From IMG/VR virus record IMGVR_UViG_3300030104_003308, positions 1 through 59,239 of that record: a DNA stretch of 59,239 nucleotides, one strand, 5' to 3'. The DNA is from a virus (Duplodnaviria > Caudoviricetes). A program made the position numbers and the translations under genes. Position 1 is the first letter of the stretch, and every line of letters begins with the position of its first letter. A model generated the notes under the pieces. It was not told the DNA's origin and did not search any database. It was given only the letters and a program-made list of their open reading frames with translations. Positions 25,066 through 34,936 of the stretch are shown in pieces.

Positions 25066-28000
25066 TCACCTCCCCAGTTACCCCAACCAGAAGAAGTATT
25101 TGTTTTCTCTCCAGCTAAAGTATCAACGATGCCTTCTCTAGCTCTTCTAATCCCACCGACAACTGGTATCCTAGTCGCTAGTTCTCTGACGGCTGTTCTT
25201 TCTTTCGAGTTACTGTCTGTTGTTCCAAAGATAAAATCTTTAGCTCCACCAGCCACACTCAATCCACCTGTTACAAGACCGACACTTGGACCACCTAACG
25301 TCTGTAAGAACCTTGTCTGTCCATAAGAACCATTGTCTGCCTGTGTGACGGCTGAGTGTAAGATGTCACCGAGCAGACCAACACCACCCATTTGCAACAT
25401 TCCTTCAAGATACCAACCCCAGAAATCAACTTCATTCCCATGAACTTTCTCATCATATCCTAAAGTTTTCATAGCGTTTCTAATTCTAACGGCTGGTGAT
25501 TTCTCGTCTTCACCACCTCTCATTTGAACTACGTCTTTGACGGCTAATGCTCCCATACCAAAAGCTGGACCGAGTGAAGCAAAGTAAAGAAGGGGTTTGA
25601 TGTTGGCTTCGCCTATAGTAGAGAAGTCTCCCTTCAATATTTTATGTAGCTGGGCTTCCCTCATTACATGACCTGCCAGACGTGTCATCATTAGTGGGAA
25701 AGACTTTAACTGGAAAGCCAATGCACCAAGAGGTGTCTGTGCAAACATGGGTGTGTCGTTAGCATTTGGTTGAAAGATACTTTCGTCTGCAAATCTAATG
25801 ATAGCTTTTCTTAAAGCTGGTTCTTTAGGGTTGCCTTGTTTATCTAAACCAATAAGTGACTTATCACTTAAACTAACATTGCTTTTACTTCCACCAGCTA
25901 GATACTCTTCAAGACCAAACTGCTTCATGTATCTATAGGCTATCTTATAATCTCTTGGCTGTTGGCTTGTCGGCTTGCCATGTTGATAAGACTTTAATGC
26001 CTTTCTTTGGTGAGTGATAAATGTCTGGTGTCCTAATGCACCTGCCACCTGCCTGTTCATGTCTGTCCAAGGTGTCAGCATTGTTGCGTTAAAGAAAGCA
26101 TTTGATAGTTTGCTATCTACTGCACCATACATGTTTAACATTCTTTCGTGAGTAATATTCTCCATTGCGATACCAACCTCAGACAAGGCTCTCTTATAAT
26201 CTGGGTCAGTAGCCAGTGCCTTTACGCCTTTAACCCAGTCAGTCATAGAGCCAGACCTTATGATTGGTAAGACGAGGTCACCTAATGATGTCAGCGTAGT
26301 GAAGCCAAGCAGGGTAACATTGTTAAATGTTCTTAAAGCTCTTGAAGTTCTTAAACCTGCCTTACCACCAAAGTCATTGAGGCTATCTTTTCGAGCCACT
26401 CGCATAGAGTTTTCAACAAATCGTGCATCATCATTCTCCATTAAAGTTTTAACACCTTTGAAGTCTTCTAATGCTCCAACGATAGCATCAACTCTTGCCA
26501 AGTAAGTAGGGTCTTTAGCCCCATTAGCACTATTGACTGCAATACTCTCTAGTCTTTCTCTCACGGCTGGTGAGCCATGTGTGTTAGCTATCTCCACAAG
26601 CTCTTCTGCAAATTGAATTGCTTGCTGATCGTTGCCACTGAAAGGCATTAATGTTTCTGATCTAAGAACACCTTCTTGAACACCTTCAGTGGTGACACTT
26701 CTGAAATCTTTCTGGAATATTTTATTAGTAGATAAAAGTTTAGCTATTCCCCTAGCTCCATTCTCAGCAACATAGAGATAGTCGTCTACACCATGAGAAT
26801 TTAATCCAAACTTCTTGGTGTGAAGAGTTCTTCTTGTTGAACCTTCAAAATATTTGACCAACATAAACTCTAAGTCATCTTCAAGAAAATTCTCTAGCTC
26901 ACCCATAGCTCTTGGATATTTCTCAAGCTCTATTATTCTATTGAAGTCTATGCTTTCAGCCTGTGCATTTTTGGTACTACCCCTTACAGGTGACTTAGGA
27001 CTTTCTGGAACTTGAACACCATCTATGTTTTCTCTCGTCAGACTTTGATAAACCTTTTCTGCAAATGCGTCAGCGTCTGCCATTTGATATGTGTTACCTA
27101 AAGCTGTCTGCTCTTGACCATAATAGCTTCTCATACCTGCTAGAAAAGCATCTCTATTCTTTTGTATCTTGTCTCTATTCCATATCTGTGGAATGTAGTC
27201 CTTTCTCCAACCAACAAACATTCCAGCATCTTTCATTCGAGCATGTTCTTTAGCAAACTCATCTTTAATTTTATTAAATGCTGCTCTCTGTTGTGGAGTT
27301 AATGCTTTCTCTTGTCTGCTTCCTACTCCGTGTCTGAGGGCAGACACAATTTTCCTGTACGCTTCGGGTTGTTTTTGACCTACGCCACCAGACGCAGCCC
27401 TTGCCCAAGCCCTGACTTTTCCGTCTGCACCTGGCAAGTCACGCAATACATTGTGGATTGGCATATACTTTGATGCAAAAGTCTGATGCTGGTCTGGGAA
27501 GTGTTGCTTGTACCAGCCACCTAGCCAGTTCATACCCATTCTTTCCATTCTGTCTGACTGACTTCTTAGCCAAGCTATTGGTCCAGCCTTTCTGATAGCC
27601 TGTTCTTGAACAGGCGTAAAATCTCTACTCCTTATGATACTTGATAATGCGTCAACCATTGGAGGGGATACCCCTTCATCTTCAATAGTCTCAAGCATTT
27701 GAATAGTGTTATTGGTATCTAACTTATCAAGATTTCCGTCTGCCATTTCCATAGCAACAGAGCCGTTAAATCCCTGTGGTGTGGTTGAGAAGTCTCTATA
27801 GTATAGACGAGCGTCTTCAGCATCAAAGAACTCAGCATTGACATGCTTGACGCCTTCAGGATTGAAGACCACAAAGGCATCGTATTCAATAAATTCCCCA
27901 CGAACAGCATCTTCAGGAGTAGTGTCTGTCGGTGTCATTCTATTTTGATGAGGGAGTTTCATGCTATCAAAGCCAGCATCTTCAATAGCTTGGTTTAGAA

Positions 28001-31000
28001 TTGCTTGGGCGTTGTCTAACCCTGCTGTACCTATATCAGCATCCATCCCATTTCTTACGTAGCTCATAAGGGTGTCATAAACTTCCTGTCCTCTAAGACC
28101 AGTCTTAGGCCACCATTCTTGGAGCATCTCATCAGCAAATGCTCTGTCACCCCCTTCAAAATTATTTGTGACTGCATAGATTGATCTAAGTATAGATTTG
28201 ATTTGTGGGTCAATTAGCCTGTGAGTTACTCCTTTCCCCATATCAAAAGTATTTAGCATACGAGTGACAAGGGGTAAGACAGTTGGCTCAAAGTTAATTC
28301 CGTTTGCACTAAACTCAGCCGTTACTGCCTCTTCCTTTTCAAGCATTGAAGTCAGCTTGTCTTTTAATTTTGCCTCATGCTCTTGTTTCGTTTTAAGTTC
28401 TCGGTTGAGGTATGAGACACTATCTTCATCAATCTCTCCACCCATAACCTGTTCAAAGTGCATAACCTCATCATTGTGCATTTCAACATCATCTGCTGCT
28501 TCTGAAAGCTGGCGTCTGGTCTGTGCAATTTCTACCCTAAGATCGTGCAAATCTAAGGCTTCATAAACAAGAGCGTCTGTCTTTTCCTCACCAAGTTCTG
28601 GAGATTTATTTCTAATCATTTTTTCAATCGCTTTTGGTGTTGGGCGATTTCCATAAATCATTTCTACAGCACGAGAGTTTGGTGATATGTAAATTCCAGG
28701 TCCAGCAAGACCCCCACCTTGTTCCATCACAACTTGACTATTCTTAAATGCTCCACCATTTGGAGTGGCGTGATAGTAGACAATAGGTGTTCCGTCTTCT
28801 CGTACAGAATATTTACCACCTCCGTTGTATTTAGAGATGGCAGCTTTTTTTGATTGTTTGCTCTGTCTTAGAACATCACCAGCATACGCAGTAACGTATT
28901 CTGGTGAGACAGCAGGTTCTTTTATATTAGTTTTAACAAGTGGAGATTTGCCAGTAGCTTCAAGCATATCCCCATAAATGGTCAGACGTCTGAACTGTTG
29001 CTTGATGTCTTTACGTCCAATCAATCCATTAACCACATACGCTACATATTCGACAACTCTATCGAAAGCTCTCTCGAAAGAATTTTTAAGACGTATGTTA
29101 TCTAGGTTTCCACCAGACATAGCCTTTAATACATCCCCACGCATGGTTCTTTCACCTAGATATTTAGCTAAGTTTTCAGCAAACCATTCCTCGGCAAGCA
29201 AATCTTCTTGCTGTGCTTCTGGGGCATCGTATTTCCCACCATAAGCTTTCTTTACTCTGTCTTTAATTGCATCATCAGACGCTCTATAAAGCTCGATGAC
29301 AGCATCCATCTCTTCTTTTGGAAGCATACCAGCCCTTACGATTGTGTGACCAATCTCGTGGATAGCATCAAAGGGATTACTATTTCCTTTAGTTAAGCCA
29401 ATGGATATTTTTCTAAAATCTTTTCGTAGCTTGTTAAAAGTGCTACCACGAAAATCTACAGATACATTCTTCTGACCAGCAGGGTCTACACCAGCCAGAC
29501 GTGCTATGTCTGATGCGTCCATTACATTCGTTTCACCCATTGTGTTCTCTACATTTTTACCCATAAGGTTCATCATTCTGTAGAGCATTGTTCTTTGAGT
29601 AAACTGTACTTCTGGATCACGATGCGACATGTAAGACAGAATAGTCTTAGCACCGATTGGTGCTGATGGAGGAATACCATCTTCAGTTGCCACACCAATG
29701 CCATGATTGAGTTCTGTTTTAATTCTCTGTCTTAAATATTTAGGTATTGGTTTGTTAGCTGTCTTATATTTGTCAACTAGGCCACGTCTTTGAACTTCCC
29801 ACTCTATTGCAGAGAAGTTATATTCTCTTCCACCATGTTCAAATCTGCCTGTCCTTATTCCATCCCTCCAAAGTTTTAAAATTTCATCTTTGGTCAGAGT
29901 AAAAAGTTTGTGGCTTTCAGCAGACTTTCTTTGTAAGCGAGCAATAGCTTCTTCTGGTGTGGTATTTTTATCAAACCTAATTTTGTTTTCAGTAAGTATT
30001 CTTTTTACATTATTATTAATAGAAGGGAGAATCCCTCCTTGAAGTTTCTCTAATAAATCTAAAGCCTCTTGGGTAACAGGTGTCCTGTCTTTAGCTTGGT
30101 TAATTCTATTCATGTCTTGGGCAGAAGAGATGATAGGCTCTGGTTCTGCTTTTTTCTTCGACATCATCAGCCAAGCAATCTGATCGCCTAATGCTGTATC
30201 TTCTGTCTTCTTAAATAGCTCTAAGAGTTCCTTATAAGACTTATCTCCATAAGAAACTTGGGTGGCTTCAGTGATATAGTCCATTCTCTTGGAAGGATCG
30301 TATGTAGAATTTCTTTTTCTTTGTGGTTTCTTAACAACTTTAAACGCTCTATTCTCAGCGTCTAAATTATCATCTCTCTTTTTATTTAATCTTCTCTTAA
30401 TTGCTGGGTCAGGTTTTGTAACAGTAGTTTCCCCAGTTTTTAGGTTGACTATGGTATCTGGTAATTGCTTGCCCTCAAAATCCATATAGGCTGTATCTGT
30501 GTATTCTTCCATCAAACGCATAAGTTCTGTCACTGTAGTAAAATTTACTTCTTTCTTCAGGTGGGGAACATATACCTTGAAGGCTGTTCCTCCGTAGGGT
30601 CTTGCGTTTGCTCCTCCTTTTAGGTTTACAGAATGTCCATGCTCAAATAGTTCCATTAACAAATTTGCTTTAGCCTCTACTGTCTCAGGGCTTGGCATTG
30701 CATTAAGACCTTCTTGTCTTATCTTAGACGCTTCCGATTCAGGTATTTTTAAATCGTCTGGCAGACCAGCTTCAGACAAAATGTAGTTTATATCTGCTAA
30801 ACGGCCTCGCCCCATCTTTGCTATTTTTCGTAGCCAGCTTAATTCTTTCCTGACGTTTGTAGCTTTACCCCCTACGTCATAGCCTGGAAACGCCTTATAA
30901 AGTACATCACTTCTAAACGCTGTGATAACATTGATAAGTCTTTCTGGGTTTCCATACTCACTTTTGTTTTCTCTAATGGCAGCAGCAATATCATCTTTGT

Positions 31001-34000
31001 ACATTCTTAGTGTACTCTTAAAGCCCCACGCAAGTTTTCCCCCTGGCGTCTGTGGCTTGTCAGATATATTGCCCAGCTTTTTCATCTGTCTGATTTCTTC
31101 AGGAAGTATTTTAGAGAAGAGAGGTTCTAGGTTTGGATTAATCTCTTTTTTGGAAAAGTATCTGTCGATTGAACCTTTCAAGATTTCAGAAACTTTTGCA
31201 CCCATCCTCTTTCCATTAGGAAGAGGCTTTGCAAAGATGCCAGCAGTTCTATTATCCATAATCCAACTAGTGAACTGATCTCCAAAGACTTGACGAGGAA
31301 GAATACTGCCTTCCCCTCCATACTCTTCACTCAGCTTCTTCCCTCTTTTTTGTCCAGCCCCACGTTTTTGGCTAATGTCTTGAATAATACTGTTCCAGAA
31401 AACCATTCTATCTTCTGGCGTTAAGATGTTGTCATAAGCCCATTGAGATATGGCATGAAAGAAATCCCTGTCTGGCTTTGCACCTGAAGTCGCCAGAATT
31501 TTTCCCTTGTCGTAAGACCAAGAAGCTCCATCTTTTGCAGTAGTGCTTTCAGTACGGAAAATATTAGGTGCTTTATTAGGATCACCCCCCATATAAGAAA
31601 GTGTATTCTTAACAGCCACCACGAGATCGGGGTCTGTGCCAGACATAATTTGATTGATGCGATTAGTGGCTTCAGCCCTTTCAGCACTGCTCCTAACAAT
31701 ACCACCAGGCATTTTATCTCGCTGGATGGAATAAAGCTGTTCAAGATCGTTTATTAAAATGGCGTATTCTGTTTCTGTCTGTGCCAGAGAGAAGCCTTTA
31801 TTTTCTATAGTATCTATTCTCGCTTGGACATCTGCCAGTGTAGAATTTTCATTCATACCACCACGCTTAAAAGCCAATGCTTGTTGAGGATTGAGTTCGC
31901 CTGATGTGACAGGAGATTCAGCTAGGTTCTCAACAGGGGTAGCCATTCCATTTCCTGTTTCATCACCAACAAAACGTAAGACGCCTTTTCCGTCTGTTGC
32001 ATCGTGGGGAGGGGTTGATTTTTCCCATAACTCAGGAAGGACACTTTGCTTTCTGCTGGTAACTAACTCTTCATCAATGTATCTGACTTCCCAATCTTCT
32101 GGTTTTTGATTGCCCAACATTTCCTTCAAGCCTTCGCCATTAGCTTCTTGCTTGGAGTTCATAATTCTTATAGGGCGAGCTCCAGTTCCATCCTTTCTTT
32201 TTATTATAAGTATTCTGTTACCTTTTCGGAGGGGCTGATCTTCAAGGACTTTAGATTTACCAGTTCTTCTTATGTCTTTCTGGTAGTAAAGAAGATCGGC
32301 AGTATATTCGCTGTCAAATATTTTTCCGTTTCTTCCATCAACATATAAGACTGTACCCTTTTCAAATATGGTACTGTCATTAATTCGCCCTTCTGGGGAA
32401 ACAGAATAAACTTTGTATTCTTTCTGTTCAGTGACATAAGGAACAACAACGCTTTCACGCTCTATTGCTTCTATTTCAGCTTCGACTGCTTTGATCTTAT
32501 CTGGACTTCTAAGTCTATCTATTCTTTTTCTAAGTTTTTCTACATTCTCTCCCTTTCTAAGCAATCTCCTCTTAGCTTCAGCGAGGGCAGAGCCGTAATC
32601 CATCATACGATTGTCTACAAAAGTTTGCTCAGATTTATCTAAACCAACCCTATTAGACTGCCACTTTAGGAATGACTGTATTCTTCCGTTTTCTGTTCTG
32701 CCAGCTTGTTTAAGAATAGATGCACGATCAATCGCTGCCTGTGCATTTCTCATGTGAGTTTTAATTCCTCGGCCTCTTCTTTTTTCTAAGACCATCTTCT
32801 TGGCATTTAAAGCTATCTCTTCTGGGTCTGGATCAACATAATCTGCAAGCTCGTCCTTAGATAGGTTGGCTTTGTATTTTTTTTCGTTTCTTATTAGATC
32901 ATTAATAAGGTCTTGCATCTCAGACTGTTCTTCGGGCTTCAGCTTTAGCTTTCTAATAAGATCATTGTCTGCTATCATCTGAGCTTCTCCACCAGAGATC
33001 ATCTCATCGTAGGCTTTCTCTATGTCTGCTGGATTTTTAGATGGCTGTTTTCTTTTCATCTGGTCGATAACAACCTTACGCATCTCATCAGGGTCAGTTA
33101 TCATTTTGTTGGCAGACGCTAGGTTGCCAGCTACTTTTCCAAATGGCATATCTGGTTCGGGTGTTTTGCCAGTACCAGTTTCCTCAAGAATACTCTTAAC
33201 TGTATTAGGAGCACCTCGCATAATGACGCCAGCAGAGTTTGTTGGGATTTTGCCAGAAGCAATGTTTTCTTTAAGAAAAGTATTGGCTTCTTCTGGAGTA
33301 AGACCAGCTTCTGCAAGTACTCTATCAACCCCTTTTTTTCCACCACCACCTGCTTTCTTCCCCCAATTCGGTTCTGGAAGTTCTGATAGTTCTTGCTCTG
33401 GAGCTTTTGTTTCTACTTCTGGTGCTGGTGCGTCTGTATCTACTGTGGCAGCAGAAGGTTCAGCCACTTGGGAGGATTCATCGGCTTGGCCTTCTGCCAC
33501 CTGTCCAGCCTCTCTGGGTGGAGGAGAAGCTGTACCTTTTTCTGTTGTTGTCTTAGTTTTTACTTCTTCAGCTTTTAATTCTTTAGCTCTCGTTTCTATT
33601 TCTTTTGCTCGTGCTTCAGCATTGGCTATAATGCTACGGACAGTAACTGTATCGCCTCTCTTTAGTGCAGCCCTTGCTTTTGCAACGTCTGCGTCCAGAG
33701 CTTCTTGCATTTTTTTAGCAGTGGTTCTGTCTGAAACTTTGTTTGATGCCTGAAGTATTGTGATCTGGTCTTGTTCATTACTAAGACGATTAATAATCCT
33801 TGCATTGATTTGTGCTTGAGCAAGCTCTGCTTCCACATCTGATCTCGCTGCACCTGAAACTCCTTGCTCTTCCATTTCAAGGAGAGCGTCTTCGTGTTCT
33901 TTAATCTGTCTTTGAAAGGTTGCTTCCTGACCTTTTAATTCTTCAATTATTTCCTCAGTTGCTGTCTTTGGGGCAGGTGCTACTTCACCTTCTGCTAATT

Positions 34001-34874
34001 CGTCTGCCTGTTTTTCAGGAGGTACAAAACCTGGGGGGACAGTTGGTCCAGTTATTTGTGCGTCTTTGACAGCTTCGGTTGCTTGTTTGTTTGTAAGTAA
34101 GGCAATGTCTTCTGGAGTATTATTGAGTCTAGGGTTTAAAAGCTCTTCAGCTTGTCTTTGTCCTTGTCTTGTTCCAGCTATTGAAGCAGGGATACCGATA
34201 GTACCACCAACAGCACCACCTAAAACAGTTCCAAAGGCAGTTGCTTTTGTGAATTGACCCCAGTCAAACTCTTCTTGAAGACCTATGTCCTGTCTGTAAG
34301 ACTGTTCGGATACGTTGATTAATGCTTCCTGTCCACCTGAGATTACACCTTCTGTACCAGCAGCAGCACCCATACCTTTGAGAGTGGACTTAATAGGTGT
34401 TCCTTTACCTAATGCAGTCGCTGTTCTCATAGAGGCTTGGGCTACAGATTTACCTGCAACACCACCAAGTATGTTGATTGGATCAAGCAATACAGACGTT
34501 GCTATGTCTGGAACAGCACCCCAACCACGACCACCTTCTTGATAGAAATTTGGAAGATTATCCCAAACAGTAGAAAGTCTTGCGTTTCTTAACTTCTCTT
34601 CGTCTGTGTCTCCACCACCTTGCGACAACCTTCCTACAGCACCAATAGTATTTAACTGAGCCCAGTTTTCGTCTGAGTAAAATTTGTTGATAAGGTCTTC
34701 ATCAGTATAAATTCCATCAGGATCATATCTGTCTTGAAGGTCTTTTAAAAACTGAGGGTTTCTAAGAATAGTTCTTCTATCTACTTGCGAAGCATATCCG
34801 AGGTCGATGTTTGAAGATGAGGTTTGATCTATGGGATCAGTTATATCCCATGTCGTATCTTTAAATGATGACAT
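25056..34874 (-). CDS. Giant internal virion/ejection polyvalent protein, 3272 aa
   Basis: DPIN..GG and Gly/Ala-rich N-terminus; HEIGH zincin motif; ART-like YHAT...GPGIYISP...VVFNPEGVK; last gene of the ejection block. Confidence 0.8.
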   Translation of the reverse strand: MSSFKDTTWDITDPIDQTSSSNIDLGYASQVDRRTILRNPQFLKDLQDRYDPDGIYTDEDLINKFYSDENWAQLNTIGAVGRLSQGGGDTDEEKLRNARLSTVWDNLPNFYQEGGRGWGAVPDIATSVLLDPINILGGVAGKSVAQASMRTATALGKGTPIKSTLKGMGAAAGTEGVISGGQEALINVSEQSYRQDIGLQEEFDWGQFTKATAFGTVLGGAVGGTIGIPASIAGTRQGQRQAEELLNPRLNNTPEDIALLTNKQATEAVKDAQITGPTVPPGFVPPEKQADELAEGEVAPAPKTATEEIIEELKGQEATFQRQIKEHEDALLEMEEQGVSGAARSDVEAELAQAQINARIINRLSNEQDQITILQASNKVSDRTTAKKMQEALDADVAKARAALKRGDTVTVRSIIANAEARAKEIETRAKELKAEEVKTKTTTEKGTASPPPREAGQVAEGQADESSQVAEPSAATVDTDAPAPEVETKAPEQELSELPEPNWGKKAGGGGKKGVDRVLAEAGLTPEEANTFLKENIASGKIPTNSAGVIMRGAPNTVKSILEETGTGKTPEPDMPFGKVAGNLASANKMITDPDEMRKVVIDQMKRKQPSKNPADIEKAYDEMISGGEAQMIADNDLIRKLKLKPEEQSEMQDLINDLIRNEKKYKANLSKDELADYVDPDPEEIALNAKKMVLEKRRGRGIKTHMRNAQAAIDRASILKQAGRTENGRIQSFLKWQSNRVGLDKSEQTFVDNRMMDYGSALAEAKRRLLRKGENVEKLRKRIDRLRSPDKIKAVEAEIEAIERESVVVPYVTEQKEYKVYSVSPEGRINDSTIFEKGTVLYVDGRNGKIFDSEYTADLLYYQKDIRRTGKSKVLEDQPLRKGNRILIIKRKDGTGARPIRIMNSKQEANGEGLKEMLGNQKPEDWEVRYIDEELVTSRKQSVLPELWEKSTPPHDATDGKGVLRFVGDETGNGMATPVENLAESPVTSGELNPQQALAFKRGGMNENSTLADVQARIDTIENKGFSLAQTETEYAILINDLEQLYSIQRDKMPGGIVRSSAERAEATNRINQIMSGTDPDLVVAVKNTLSYMGGDPNKAPNIFRTESTTAKDGASWSYDKGKILATSGAKPDRDFFHAISQWAYDNILTPEDRMVFWNSIIQDISQKRGAGQKRGKKLSEEYGGEGSILPRQVFGDQFTSWIMDNRTAGIFAKPLPNGKRMGAKVSEILKGSIDRYFSKKEINPNLEPLFSKILPEEIRQMKKLGNISDKPQTPGGKLAWGFKSTLRMYKDDIAAAIRENKSEYGNPERLINVITAFRSDVLYKAFPGYDVGGKATNVRKELSWLRKIAKMGRGRLADINYILSEAGLPDDLKIPESEASKIRQEGLNAMPSPETVEAKANLLMELFEHGHSVNLKGGANARPYGGTAFKVYVPHLKKEVNFTTVTELMRLMEEYTDTAYMDFEGKQLPDTIVNLKTGETTVTKPDPAIKRRLNKKRDDNLDAENRAFKVVKKPQRKRNSTYDPSKRMDYITEATQVSYGDKSYKELLELFKKTEDTALGDQIAWLMMSKKKAEPEPIISSAQDMNRINQAKDRTPVTQEALDLLEKLQGGILPSINNNVKRILTENKIRFDKNTTPEEAIARLQRKSAESHKLFTLTKDEILKLWRDGIRTGRFEHGGREYNFSAIEWEVQRRGLVDKYKTANKPIPKYLRQRIKTELNHGIGVATEDGIPPSAPIGAKTILSYMSHRDPEVQFTQRTMLYRMMNLMGKNVENTMGETNVMDASDIARLAGVDPAGQKNVSVDFRGSTFNKLRKDFRKISIGLTKGNSNPFDAIHEIGHTIVRAGMLPKEEMDAVIELYRASDDAIKDRVKKAYGGKYDAPEAQQEDLLAEEWFAENLAKYLGERTMRGDVLKAMSGGNLDNIRLKNSFERAFDRVVEYVAYVVNGLIGRKDIKQQFRRLTIYGDMLEATGKSPLVKTNIKEPAVSPEYVTAYAGDVLRQSKQSKKAAISKYNGGGKYSVREDGTPIVYYHATPNGGAFKNSQVVMEQGGGLAGPGIYISPNSRAVEMIYGNRPTPKAIEKMIRNKSPELGEEKTDALVYEALDLHDLRVEIAQTRRQLSEAADDVEMHNDEVMHFEQVMGGEIDEDSVSYLNRELKTKQEHEAKLKDKLTSMLEKEEAVTAEFSANGINFEPTVLPLVTRMLNTFDMGKGVTHRLIDPQIKSILRSIYAVTNNFEGGDRAFADEMLQEWWPKTGLRGQEVYDTLMSYVRNGMDADIGTAGLDNAQAILNQAIEDAGFDSMKLPHQNRMTPTDTTPEDAVRGEFIEYDAFVVFNPEGVKHVNAEFFDAEDARLYYRDFSTTPQGFNGSVAMEMADGNLDKLDTNNTIQMLETIEDEGVSPPMVDALSSIIRSRDFTPVQEQAIRKAGPIAWLRSQSDRMERMGMNWLGGWYKQHFPDQHQTFASKYMPIHNVLRDLPGADGKVRAWARAASGGVGQKQPEAYRKIVSALRHGVGSRQEKALTPQQRAAFNKIKDEFAKEHARMKDAGMFVGWRKDYIPQIWNRDKIQKNRDAFLAGMRSYYGQEQTALGNTYQMADADAFAEKVYQSLTRENIDGVQVPESPKSPVRGSTKNAQAESIDFNRIIELEKYPRAMGELENFLEDDLEFMLVKYFEGSTRRTLHTKKFGLNSHGVDDYLYVAENGARGIAKLLSTNKIFQKDFRSVTTEGVQEGVLRSETLMPFSGNDQQAIQFAEELVEIANTHGSPAVRERLESIAVNSANGAKDPTYLARVDAIVGALEDFKGVKTLMENDDARFVENSMRVARKDSLNDFGGKAGLRTSRALRTFNNVTLLGFTTLTSLGDLVLPIIRSGSMTDWVKGVKALATDPDYKRALSEVGIAMENITHERMLNMYGAVDSKLSNAFFNATMLTPWTDMNRQVAGALGHQTFITHQRKALKSYQHGKPTSQQPRDYKIAYRYMKQFGLEEYLAGGSKSNVSLSDKSLIGLDKQGNPKEPALRKAIIRFADESIFQPNANDTPMFAQTPLGALAFQLKSFPLMMTRLAGHVMREAQLHKILKGDFSTIGEANIKPLLYFASLGPAFGMGALAVKDVVQMRGGEDEKSPAVRIRNAMKTLGYDEKVHGNEVDFWGWYLEGMLQMGGVGLLGDILHSAVTQADNGSYGQTRFLQTLGGPSVGLVTGGLSVAGGAKDFIFGTTDSNSKERTAVRELATRIPVVGGIRRAREGIVDTLAGEKTNTSSGWGNWGGEWK

Positions 34875-34905
34875 ATAGGTACTCCAGTTTCCTAATTATG
34901 AAACT

Positions 34906-34936
34906 AGAATACTTTAACAATCCAAATGGGTCGTCC
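34906..34936 (-). promoter_or_regulatory. Late promoter motif GGACGAC-N18-TATTCT
   Basis: Intergenic, upstream of the giant gene. Confidence 0.65.

Noticed and set aside
33022-33753. 243-aa plus-strand ORF
   Set aside because: Antisense shadow of the Ala/Glu/Pro-rich part of the giant gene
25056-34874. Giant protein as a virion RNA polymerase
   Set aside because: No DxDGD or T7/N4-type catalytic motifs recognised; a structure search would be needed to exclude it fully
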